A DNA stretch of 64,000 nt from Daphnia carinata (lineage: Eukaryota), in contig NC_081331.1 in the NCBI RefSeq assembly GCF_022539665.2, forward strand, positions 11,346,001 through 11,410,000. Direction: 5' to 3'. The notes under the pieces were generated by a model that was not told the origin of the DNA, did no database searches, and saw only the letters and a list, made by a program, of their open reading frames with translations. A program made the position numbers and the translations under genes. Below, piece after piece: positions 13,230-30,444 of this stretch. Positions within the stretch are counted from its first letter, which is position 1. Every line of letters starts with the position of its first letter.

Positions 13230-15526
13230 TTAAAAGTCGGGATGCTGGCTTAAAATTTGACGGATATTTTGGCAACGGCTTTGATCCAACGGATCAGTTG
13301 TGATGATAAAGCATAGAAGCTTGGTGCGGCAGTCAATGTCACAGCCCTTTTCCAATCTTTCTTCTGACTTTTTGTAATAGTGCCTTAAATAACAAAGCAC
13401 AAATGAAGAAAGGTTTACAAATATACTATATCCTTATAGTCACATCCACTTACTCAAAGTACATCTGGAAGACAGTGTCGTCAGTCACGAGTTGTTGATA
13501 GAATGCATCCATCGATCTCGGACTCAAATCGGCCACGGCATAATCACGTTTCGCTTGGTATAATTCAAACCAGACGGGGTCGATAGAAGGATCTTGGTTA
13601 GCAACTGTCAAATTCATGATCCAAGAACTGTGATCCAGCACAGCCTGTATTAGCAAAAGAAATTGGGATAAAATCATTAGCAACCTACATTGGTACCACA
13701 ACTAACCCAAGTGGATCCAGTCCTTTGCCCATCGACTGTGTAAATTCGGTAACCAGGATTGTCAGAAGAGGTTGTCAAACTTGGGGCGACGAAAGCAACA
13801 TTTATTGGCCGATTCACCTCTTCAAGATCGTAGAAGATCTTGTACTCATCTTTGTGAGTGTGACCGTAAAACTGGGCGGCTACCGTCGATTCGAATCTGT
13901 TGATGATCTTGGCGAATTCTCGGCTAAAGATGGTCCAGCAATCAAGATTTCCTGGAGGAATGTGGCTGAGGATATGGACCTAATTTGAAAACATTTTTAT
14001 TTGCTTTATGCTTTAGCGTCTGCGATCTATTTTACCTTTTCTCCAGCTAATTCAGCGTCCTCAAGAACTTGACTAAGCCAAGTAAGGATTGATGCGGGAT
14101 CTTGAGACTTGTAATACGTCCAGTAGTTGAAAATGTAGCAGTAATTCATATTCATGGAGACGATGCGAAGTCCTGGCTGAACCAAGGCCGTGTAATATCC
14201 ACCATAACGGACACTTGATGAGGCGTCAGCTGGAAGCCATCGAGCCCATTGTCGGTCTGCTTCATCGTAAAGCCAAGCAGTATTGAACTCCACGTCAGTA
14301 ATTTCTGGTGGAGCAAAACTACAAATAAGGATGAACGAATACGTTGAAGCACAAATTTTGTATATAATTCATTTACGTGTTAACCGGATGAGACTCGTGG
14401 TTGCCTAAAGTTGGATAGACAGGTACGTTAGGGAAGTATTGCTGGATCAGGGTCATCAAACGATCAATAATCATCAGATTTTCATCTTTGTCGGTGGACC
14501 ACGTATCATGAGGCGTCAAATCTCCCGTCCAAATAATGTAAGCTGTATCCTGCAAAATTATGTCATTGTGCTCATTTGTGTGTGTGAATACAATTGAGTA
14601 TAATGGGGTAACATACCGGGTGCTGTTGAGCCATGTGTGACACTGCATTTTCTACCGTCCTCCAGGGTAAATCACAACCTCGACGATCACCCCAATATCC
14701 TGCTGCATCTGTAGCGTTAACAACTTCTCCGGAAGATGCTCGACAACATAGCGGGTCGCCACATGCGGCATTGGATCCTTCGAGGTACTCCGGATCCCAG
14801 TGAATGTCGGACAAATGCAGAACTTTCAGAATAGGGGAGCCGGCCTTCACAAACATACAATCGTGTTAATTTCCTTATTAATTGCTTATCGGATTAAAAT
14901 GTTAGTAGTGGGGTAATTTTAAATACCGGAGGCAAAGCTGGTTCTGTAACAGGCGGTTTCGGAACCGAGCTGGGTGCAACTGACCACTCTAGTACTCCTG
15001 GATCAGAAAAACCGCAGTTTTCGGTCTGCAACAACATGCCGCAAATGTTTCCTTGAATTACTCCCAATGAATAGATGTATCTGATAGTTGGCTAAATAGG
15101 ACACGAAAAAATTTTAAAAATAAAAACATTGGGTTCATAAGAGTGGTGTGGTAAAGTTTAAAAGGAAAACCATGGCAATAGCAGCGGTCCCGTTGCAAAC
15201 TTTGAAATTGTACAAGTTAAGGGTTTCGCATCTCTGGCCGATTCCTGCAGAAATCTCGTCATCAGTCTGTCCACTCTCAAATCCCAAGAATATATCGGAG
15301 ATAATGGAATTGCAAAGGGCACAGTTAATTAGTCCTTTTCCTGCTGTGGATTCGACATGCCAATATTCTACAGGCACACCTGATAACGAACAAGGAACCA
15401 ATGGTTGTTGAAATAAACAAAAATTGTTAAATATACGTTAGAATTTCTACACACAAATGTTAAAGTAAACCGATTACCTAGAAATCCTGGCAAACAAATT
15501 ACAAGACTAAAGAGAAGGGAACGCAT
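13230..15526 (-). CDS. Acid sphingomyelinase (SMPD1-like) paralog 3; multi-exon
   Basis: Signal peptide MRSLLFSLVICLPGFLG, CALC saposin region, motifs HLSDIHWD, WTGDLTPH, GNHESHP and FYGHTH. The last exon ends ...LSQHPDF*. Confidence 0.9.
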
Positions 15527-16683
15527 TTTTATTTTTCAATATCGATTGTTCTCAACTTCTATAGCTTCGGGACCAGTGCAGACTGTCTGAATTTTACACT
15601 TCAGGATTAGGGTTAAATACATAGTCAACTGTTCGGCAGTAAGGATAAGGCCAAGTATTATTGTTGACTATTTGTGAACGATAACGGATAAAACAAAAAG
15701 TCTGTATCCTTTATGCCGTGTGATCCATATCACTATTCAGCATGGATAAGTACAACGTACAGTTAACGGACTAATAAATTGACAGTAAAATAAATATTTC
15801 AGAATGCCAAAGATTCTTATCCCGTAAAGTTTTTTCACCGATGTGTCAAGCGACTCGCCGTCATATTGTGTAGCCATTGTCATGGCCTACATTCCTTAAG
15901 ATTTTAGCCAAACATTTTTTTTTTTGCTAAATTTTGGCGCCCCCCACCCCTCCCCCTCAGCTCAGCCGAGAACATTTCAATCACAAATGGCTGATTGTCT
16001 AAATGGCAAAGCTTATACTGTCAATTCACGAAACGCAGTTTTACAAATACATTTACTCTTCCAACTCAGTATTCGGTTTGTAGACCAAGAAATGGTAACA
16101 TTTGTATGGTTGCATAACCCCATAAAAAAACCAAAACAAATAATGAATATATATTTATATTTTTTACTAGGTACCTTACCTACGGCTACGGCTAGGAGCA
16201 GAAGACAGTGCCTCAACATTAAAGCAGCCATTTTCTGTCAAAATATGGAAATCGAAGTTAAATTTAGCTAAAAAGCACATTTTTGCTTGAATTTTGTTGT
16301 CTTAAACTGCATGAAGACAACAAAGTGTAAAATTTCCTGCTAGAGAAATTTTTAAGCATATTATTTAAGAAGTGATGTAAATTCTTGTCTTATTATTAAG
16401 GACACAGATCCAGTTTTTCTCACCAAGTACTACAATTCAAAATTGAGGTACAGCCTTTATTTTAGCAATACTTTTTATGTTTTGTAAAACATTTTAATTG
16501 CTATGCAAAATTTTTTAATCAAACAAGACAGTCCTTGTTTTAATTTGGCTAACAATTTCCATTGTTCCTATAACAAACCACGTCATTAACTGTATTCACG
16601 CATCCTTTTCATGGATGTGAAACATATCACAACAAAATACTATGATCATTTCTATTGTTACCTTTGCATTTACAGAAACCAAT

Positions 16684-19600
16684 ATGGAACTTTTTAGGAC
16701 TGCAGATTACTATATCTTCCGGCAAGGGGAACACAGTCTCTGGTGCAGCAGGAAAACTGGAATTTTAGAGCCCAGAACAGGTAACCATTTCATATTTCAT
16801 TTTTTAATCATTTTATATTTACAGATTTATATTTTACAACTTTTTCTGAAATATGTTGTAGCCTGGGATTTGACAAAAGCTGAAGATCCTCATTGTATGG
16901 GTCTTATCCATGGTATTGTCGGAAAACTGAATCCATTTCCTGGTAAAAAAAGAAATAATAATAATAGTAATGAGATAGTTGTAATAAAGAATTAAATTAG
17001 TCATAAATTTTTGTACTTTATTTTTAGCATTCTTAGGTAGTAATACATATTCTTCTATTGTCTATTTCAGACACAGACCCTCAGCTGCTAATTATAGAAA
17101 GCTGCAGTCTTGTTGGCTATGTTTGGAAAAATCAGCCCATATTCAAAATCAACAAAATTGGCCTCCTTTCTCTGGGTCAACAAGAAGCCGAAATTACAAC
17201 ACATCCATGTTCGAAACATAGCAATTCCGTTGCTTTCAATCAGAGGCCGGACGATAGTGGAAGTAAACCTTCGTCTAGTTCCAGACAACAGGAAGCATTT
17301 GCAAAGACCTGGGGTTCAATAAAATCTGCAACCAAATCGCTCAAGAGTACAACTGTGCAGGCAGCCCATAAAATTGGAATCGATGGAAGGGAAGGGGATC
17401 GTGGTGCAAGAAGAATTTGGGATGAAATAGAGAAGATGTTCACACATGCAGATTCCTTTTACTTTTCTCGACAGTCGACCTAACCAATTCTGTCCCAGTT
17501 TTGGGTGAGCGCTACAATTCTCCCACGGTTTGTTGGCGATCAGCAAACAGTCGTTTCTTTTGGAATGAGTTCCTACTCAAAGAACTAATCGAACTTGAGG
17601 TAAAATGCAATTTTTCAATTACAACTCTTTGTAGAGTTTTAATTACTTCCGAAAAAGACTGTAAATAGAATTTAACTACCATTGATTGATTTAATGATGT
17701 TACGTATAAAAATTTTTCGTTACCTCGTGTAGGATCCAAAAGCTGACCCCTGGATCGTCCCTGTCCTTCATGGCTACATTCATGTAGATACCGTTCCTGT
17801 CGTGCTTGATGGCGCAACGAATTTCAATAAGCCTCTAATTTTGCTGCTCATTTCACGCCGCTCGCGCTACCGAGCTGGTACCCGATACAAACGTCGTGGG
17901 GTAGATGAAAATGGTTATGTTGCCAACTATGTAGAAACAGAGCAGTGTCTCATATTCGGAGATCATATTTTGTCCTTTGTTCAAGTACGGGGATCTGTTC
18001 CAGTATTTTGGTCCCAGCCGGGGTTCAAATATCGTCCACCTCCCCAGATCGATAGAGGTATAAATTATTCTTTCTTCTGTCAGCTGTTAATGACCTATGA
18101 CATTATCGCTTACGATGTTCCGTTCTTCTTTGTAGATGTGGAAGACACTCGGCTTGCTTTTAAGCGTCATTTCGAGCGAGAATTACTTCTCTATGGAAAT
18201 CAGTGCATAGTCAATCTAGTCGAGCAAAGTGGAAAAGAGAAGATAATAGGGGATGCTTTCACGGAGCAAATAATTCATGCGAATGAGGCAAGAATCACCT
18301 ACGTAACTTTCGACTTCCATGAGCATTGGTGGGATATACTTTTCTCCATGATCTTCTAACTTTTAATTGGAAATTTATATATATTTTCTTTAGCCGCGGG
18401 ATGCGATTTGAAAATGTTGGACGTCTATTAAATGGGTTGGAAGACGTACTTCAGGAGATGAAATATACGTGGATTGATTCGCATGGTGTCATTTGTCGAC
18501 AACAATCGACTTTCCGGATAAATTGTATGGACTGCTTGGATCGAACTAACGTTTGCCAGGTATGTGCATGTCTAAGTTTTTTGTATTTTAAATTATTAGA
18601 TTTAACTCTTCTTTCGCAGACTGCATTTGGAAAGGTCGTCTTGGAATGCCAATTAAGCAAATTAGGTATTCTTCCACCCGAAGGCACATTCTGGCCAGCG
18701 CTCAAAACAGCCTTCAACACCATGTGGGCAAATAATGGAGATGTCCTCAGTCGACAATACGCCGGAACGAATGCTCTCAAGGTTTCAATGAAAATAATAA
18801 AATCATCCAAAGATCGGAAGTCCTAATTTTTCACCTAATTGTAGGGCGATTTTACACGCACCGGAGAAAGAAGGTTCGCCGGAATGATGAAAGACGGAAT
18901 GAATTCGGCTAATCGGTAAAATTTTGGACAATTTAACTTGCTATAAAGATTTGCAACTCATCCAAATATCTTTGAATTAGTTATTATCTCAATCGCTTCA
19001 AGGATACGCTAAAACAGACAGCTATTGATCTTGTGCTTGGAAACATCCAGCCAGAAGATGCTATGAACATTCTTTGTGGTCAGAATAACGCCATGGAAGA
19101 TGATGAAGAAATCGTTTTGCAGACGGCTGACAGAGTTCGTCAGGTCATCGAGGATTGTCGTAAGCAGTTTATTAGCCCTGATGAAATAATAGTAGGGTCT
19201 TGGGGATTGGTTGATGCGCATCCCGTAACCGGTGACCCAACACAAGTTGACATGGATGCTATTGTCATTTTGTCACGAGAACATCTTTACGTGGTTTCGT
19301 AAGTGTTTAAAGTTATATTACTTGTTTGAATTATCGCAATTTAATCCTTTGGTTATTTGTAGTTACGATGATGACGCCGATCATGTCAGAGCGTGTAAAA
19401 TATATGCGCTTGCTGAACTGATGAAGCTTGAAGTAGGATCTGAAGGGAAAACGAACTTATTATCGAATGCTAGTGTGAATTTTCTTAAGTCACCTAAGCG
19501 TGAGGCAGCCGCACCACCAACCTTCTTCATGCGTATACACATACGAAATTCATCGGACGAAGCAGAAATTTTGCAATTTCGTTCGACGAGACTAAGATTT

Positions 19601-20901
19601 TTCAATAACATGGCTGTTCCGATTTGCAAAACCGAGGATATGAACGGTATAACAAAATCTTTTTGCATTTGTAGCCCACTTCTTGTACTATTGCTCCTCA
19701 TACAGAATCGTTAAAGGCGATTGCTGAAACCATTCACGTTACGATGGATATTACCGGATTAACGATTCCTTACACAGTTGGCACTTTGGAAAAGCTGTCA
19801 TTGAAAAACAATATGAAAATCGGATACATGGAAGTGCCACGTTGGCATGGTTTCCCACGAAACGCATCGGAAGGGCAGTTATCTGCTCTAAAGCAAGCTG
19901 GTAATTTGTATGAAAATTAGAATTCGTTATTGTCTAATACTAATTTTACCAATTTGTTAAATGCAGGCAATAAAGCATTATCCAGCGTTACTTCACATTT
20001 CTCGCGTCTGAAACCGCCTGTTATACCACGCAATTTAGGCCGTTCAGCGAGCAAGAAGAAAGAAGTCTCCGACCAAATAACAGACCCATCAGCGATTGGG
20101 ACCCTCGAAGCAGAAATGAGAATACGTTCTAGCTCTTCTAGTTTAAACGATCTCACATCGTTTTCGTTAATCAAAGACGTCTTGCACCTACCGTCAGTTG
20201 GTGTCCTTTTCCTGACTAGCAATGAAATTCGGGTGGAGCTTGCCGATCCTGTGCCTGAAGACACGAACACGCACGAAAAACCTTCTCTACCAAAAGTCTT
20301 GCTCCGTTGTGTCAGTGCCGGTCAATTTGACAGTCGCTGTCTGCTAAAAGGAAGGCGAAATGGAGAAAGTAGCCAGCTGAATAGATTAGGTGAAAATGTT
20401 CGCTTGACAGTGACACCAGAAATTCAGATCATTGCAACAGATGGAAAAGAAGGCGGCGAACATAGCAACACCATATCTGTTCAGCGTTCGAGACACTTCT
20501 CGCACTCCTCCGATCGCCTTGAATTGGGCGTAGCAGTGGAAGATTCCACTTTACTTAGAGCCTCATCTGAGACTAGCTTAGGCAATAGTGCAGCTCCTAC
20601 GGAAATGAAAAGTTCCCATTCAAACTATGAAGGCTTGCTTCCAATCGGGACCACCGTTTTAACATCGTTTAAAATTCCGACGTCACAGGGGAAGTTCAAT
20701 GTTGGTATGCTAACATCGCCTACAAGCGTTAAGGGAAATCCGTTAGTAATGCTGGCTAAAGGTGTACAGAATCTAGGCGCTAATTTGGATCCTAGAAAAA
20801 TGCTTGACTCTAGGAAAGATACGTTGATCTGCAAAGAGAATGTATTAGAAGATATAACGAAGCAGAAGTTCTGCACAAATACTAGAATTATTCATCTTTA
20901 A
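16684..20901 (+). CDS. INPP5F: Phosphatidylinositide phosphatase SAC2 (INPP5F); multi-exon, apparent 1-nt frameshift near 17468
   Basis: The N-terminus MELFRTADYYIFRQGEHSLWCSR resembles INPP5F. SAC domain motifs SRRSRYRAGTRYKRRGVD, RGSVPVFWSQ and the catalytic RINCMDCLDRTN are present, followed by an hSac2-type C-terminal region. Confidence 0.9.
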
Positions 20902-21592
20902 ACACTTGAACCACATTTCCTCTAGCTGAAAGACGACGTCAAAAATGCTAACGTACTCTTCACTCAACATTCCATTAGCTCCGCCTTCCATTTAGTAAAT
21001 GTTGTAATTTTCCATGCTGCCTCACTACGCAGTTAATAACTTGTCCTGTGAAGACATTTGTGAATCCCATTATGTTGCTCTTACGATAGGAGCTACATGC
21101 TTTACTCAGGCCCTTGTTGTCGAGGATATCAGTATTACTGCGAGATCGCAATTCACGATGTCTAGTCAATCCTATGTTCGCTTTGAGTCAAAATCAAATT
21201 TCATACAGGGCACTCTAGGAGAGGTTAATACTCAACTTTAATTTAGGCTATGCTTTACGAACACATGAACGTTTGTATTGTTAGTGCTGGTTGAATCATC
21301 CTTTTTCTTCAGCGTTTTAAATACACATTATTAGCGCGCGTACTGTATCCTTAAAGCAATGTCAAGTCTTTACAATAGGCAATTTATATGGCACCTGACT
21401 TTATTTGGCACTACCATTTTTTGAACACATTTTGGCTTAAAAGATTTCGAGCTTAAGTTTTACAAAGTACAAATACCTAGATTTATTGCTAAAAAAATAA
21501 CAAACGAAGACATAACGGAAACTAATATACCTGACCAGCGATGCCTCTGAAGATGGTGCCAAGACAACAGTTGCAAGGGAAGACCGTTGCCA

Positions 21593-21630
21593 GACTGTGA
21601 ATTGCAGTGTTGGCTACCGCCTTATATACC
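21593..21630 (-). promoter_or_regulatory. Putative Pol II core promoter (TATA + Inr) with no annotated gene
   Basis: On the minus strand GTATATAAG (21629-21621) is followed ~30 nt later by TCACAGTC, then a candidate donor CAG|GTATAT near 21530. Confidence 0.35.
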
Positions 21631-22478
21631 CGTCGACACGTTCCACTTCCTGGCTTTCCCGGAATAAAAGTCTAGGGTAGGGGTTTAATTCTGAAGGCCG
21701 ATTGCCGTAAGATAAACTTTAATTTCCACATGGACTCCGGGAGATGACCGTTCCCTCTCGATGAACTCAAACTTTTGCACCTAAAATAGATGAATAACCT
21801 TGGGCAATTCAAAATGAAGAATCCAAACACCATTTTGTCCTTTCAGTTCAGTAGCTCACTCACCTGCACGATAAGCACTAGCGTAGTTTTATCGCTTTGA
21901 TTACCGGTGTAGTGATTCACACTTTCTCACGTGGATAGATTTTTGCGTTCACCAGTTCGATACCTTTTGTAATTTGTGGACACACCAATCACGCACTAAA
22001 AAGCACTGCATCAGCACTTGGTTTTGCCTCTGCACTAGTTTAGTTTAGTTGCATATGCCAAATTGTATTTCACTGGGTCATATTGCTAAGTCATTGCTTT
22101 TGCACAACACTACACTGGCCATTTCACTTCACTATGTCATGCATTATTTACCGGTGGTTTTCGTTCACAAACCGTATCTCTATAATGAATATGTTTTGAC
22201 CATATCACACAATTTCCAAATGCCCCGTCAATCCTAACGAACTTCCGACTACTAATCCTAACGAAGCATTGTTAATAATAATTTTTTTTCAGGAATATTG
22301 TTATGGAATGTGATTACTATTTCTGTCTTTGATGCATGTTAGATTTAAGCTGCAACTTGTCGTTATCTAATTATTCAAAGGCAATTTTTTTTTCTTTTTT
22401 GTTTTCGTTTCTGTGCGATTAGGAGGGCAATCTGCGGGGGCCGAAGAGGACACGGGACATCGAGGATCGGCGCGCAAA

Positions 22479-24377
22479 AAGGTATCAGTGATAAATTAAA
22501 GTGTACTAATTGTGTTTTTTTGTATTTTATGTATCTAGATTGGCCGGCCAAAGGACCGAAAAGGCCCAACGAGGATCGTCGTGGGAGCTACAAGATCGCC
22601 GTGGGATCGTCGAGATCGTCGTCAGTAAGGTATCAGTGATAAATTAAAGTGTACTAATTGTGTTTTTTTGTATTTTATGTATCTAGATTGGCCGGCCAAA
22701 GGACCGAAAAGGCCCAACGAGGATCGTCGTGGGAGCTACAAGATCGCCGTGGGATCGTCGAGATCGTCGCCAATAAGGTATCAGTGATAAATTAAAGTGT
22801 ACTAATTGTGTTTTTTTGTATTTTATGTATCTAGATTGGCCGGCCAAAGGACCGAAAAGGCCCAACGAGGATCGTCGTGGGAGCTACAAGATCGCCGTGG
22901 GATCGTCGAGATCGTCGCCAGTAAGGTATCAGTGATAAATTAAAGTGTACTAATTGTGTTTTTTTGTATTTTATGTATCTAGGTTGGCCGGCCAAAGGAC
23001 TGAAAAGGCCCAACGAGGATCGTCGTGGGAGCTACAAGATCGCCGTGGGATCGTCGAGATCGTCGCCAGTAAGGTATCAGTGATAAATTAAAGTGTACTA
23101 ATTGTGTTTTTTTGTATTTTATGTATCTAGGTTGGCCGGCCAAAGGACCGAAAAGGCCCAACGAGGATCGTCGTGGGAGCTACAAGATCGCCGTGGGATC
23201 GTCGAGATCGTCGCCAGTAAGGTATCAGTGATAAATTAAAGTGTACTAATTGTGTTTTTTTGTATTTTATGTATCTAGATTGGCCGGCCAACGGACCGAA
23301 AAGGCCCAACAAGGATCGTCGTGGGAGCTACAAGATCGCCGTGGGATCGTCGAGATCGTCGCCAGTAAGGTATCAGTGATAAATTAAAGTGTACTAATTG
23401 TGTTTTTTTGTATTTTATGTATCTAGATTGGCCGGCCAAAGGACCGAAAAGGCCCAACGAGGATCGTCGTGGGAGCTACAAGATCGCCGTGGGATCGTCG
23501 AGATCGTCGCCAGTAAGGTATCAGTGATAAATTAAAGTGTACTAATTGTGTTTTTTTGTATTTTATGTATCTAGATTGGCCGGCCAAAGGACCGAAAAGG
23601 CCCAACGAGGATCGTCGTGGGAGCTACAAGATCGCCGTGGGATCGTCGAGATCGTCGCCAGTAAGGTATCAGTGATAAATTAAAGTGTACTAATTGTGTT
23701 TTTTTGTATTTTATGTATCTAGATTGGCCGGCCAAAGGACCGAAAAGGCCCAACGAGGATCGTCGTGGGAGCTACAAGATCGCCGTGGGATCGTCGAGAT
23801 CGTCGCCAATAAGGTATCAGTGATAAATTAAAGTGTACTAATTGTGTTTTTTTGTATTTTATGTATCTAGATTGGCCGGCCAAAGGACCGAAAAGGCCCA
23901 ACGAGGATCGTCGTGGGAGCTACAAGATCGCCGTGGGATCGTCGAGATCGTCGCCAGTAAGGTATCAGTGATAAATTAAAGTGTACTAATTGTGTTTTTT
24001 TGTATTTTATGTCTCTAGGTTGGCCGGCCAAAGGACCGAAAAGGCCCAACGAGGATCGTCGTGGGAGCTACAAGATCGCCGTGGGATCGTCGAGATCGTC
24101 GCCAGTAAGGTATCAGTGATAAATTAAAGTGTACTAATTGTGTTTTTTTGTATTTTATGTATCTAGATTGGCCGGCCAAAGGACCGAAAAGGCCCAACGA
24201 GTATCGTCGTGGGAGCTACAAGATCGCCGTGGGATCGTCGAGATCGTCGCCAGTAAGGTATCAGTGATAAATTAAAGTGTACTAATTGTGTTTTTTTGTA
24301 TTTTATGTATCTAGGTTGGCCGGCCAAAGGACCGAAAAAGCCCAACGAGGATCGTCGTGGGAGCTACAAGATCGCCG
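22479..24377. repeat. 148-bp tandem array, ~13 near-identical copies
   Basis: GTATCAGTGATAAATT recurs every 148 nt from 22482 to 24258 (13 times), and copies differ by only a few substitutions. Each unit has an AT-rich half and a GC/CpG-rich half with four GATCGYCG subrepeats. Confidence 0.98.
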
Positions 24378-25186
24378 CCTCGAGAACCCGAGATTCACGC
24401 CCATTTGGATTAAGAAGAAACGAAGATGGTACGGTTTAGTATGGCCGAATCGGCATTTTTCTTACTTCATGCTATGCTGTGATGTGAGTGTTTTATAAAT
24501 GTTTTCTCCGATTCCTTTTTCCTTACCTTGGTGTTCCCTTTAAGCACTATGGCTAATGGTCATTGCACCCCGCCTTCACTTTGTACTCAGCAGCACACTG
24601 CAGCACGCAACTTCACAACACATTTAGCTCATGGTTTGTTGGCTGTTTGTGTTAGCTTTCATACACCAGGTAGGGAGGGCTATTTTTAGGTAATATAACT
24701 CCGCACTTTACATCGGTATCTCACTTAAACATTTGTTGGTGTAGATCTACTAATACTAACTGCTTTGAGGACAAACAGGAAAACGAAAATAACTTATTCG
24801 CTTTGTCAAGCGTTTAAAAAAAAAGAATGTTGGACTAGCGTTATGAATCAGTCTTGCGTTTAGTCTTTTATTTTTGAAAGATAATGCACAAGGAAAAAAA
24901 ATTGGGCAACCCTTTTAAACAATCCATTGCTTGCTGTCGGTTTGCGCATCCCGATTCGAGAAACCGATTGAAATCCGACAGGGCATGGGGCCAATAAAAG
25001 GCAGTTCTTAACCCATCCAACCCACCCCGAAAACCGACAGTACCAACACGGTTGATGCTGGGCCGAACCGGCGATCCTGATAGGATCTAGGGCTGGCCGG
25101 TAAGGAACTAGGATCATTTTAGTTGAACGCTATTAAACAACGGTGACGTGAAATGAACATAAAACATAAAAAATTTATTCGAGATC

Positions 25187-25200
25187 TCGCCATCTAGCGG
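25187..25200 (-). promoter_or_regulatory. CTCF-like binding motif upstream of SMC3
   Basis: The minus strand reads CCGCTAGATGGCGA, which matches the arthropod CTCF core. A similar CCGTTAGATGGCGA lies at 51234-51247. Confidence 0.4.
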
Positions 25201-25376
25201 TAAGTAATAGAGGTAGCTTCTGCTGGTTTGCACCAATGCGTCAGTAACACGGTGCGCGGGCTACTCTCATTGTGATTGTTGACAGTTTCTCTGTGGAGTG
25301 ATTTTGGCGGTTTTTGCAAGACAGCCGCCACCACAAAGTTTTCGTTTGAAACCCATGTTTTCTTTTAATTAAGTGA

Positions 25377-30024
<4,648 letters not shown>

Positions 30025-30444
30025 ATTACTGATGAAAATTAAAACAAAGATAGAAACACATCGTTTCCAGCCCATTCGCCATCATGCATCTTTTTTTTGT
30101 TTCGTTAGCAATCGTGTCATCATCTCCAAAATTATGTTGGAATACATTTCAACAAGAAGTTTTTCAGGTAACTTCTTACCAAAATTTTTATAAAATTATT
30201 CAAATGCTTTTTAATGAGTTAAAATTACAGTTTATCAAAACGAGAGCAGTAGGGACCAACTGTGGGAAAAGCAAAGATTTATTATAAGTTTAATGAATAC
30301 TTTATCCTCATATTTCCCGTATATTGCAGAACAAAATTAATTTCCTTAACGATAAACATTCCTAAAGGTTTATGCAAATACGTCACAAGAATCACGTTAC
30401 CGAAAAAATGCAATGGTAATACTAGGCGAGACCAGCTGACACCT

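Noticed and set aside
22375..24345. Repeated 60-aa minus-strand ORFs (MGLFGPLAGQ...) and a possible CRISPR interpretation of the array
   Set aside because: The ORFs start at TTG and are by-products of the tandem repeat. The units are identical throughout with no unique spacers, and the context is eukaryotic.
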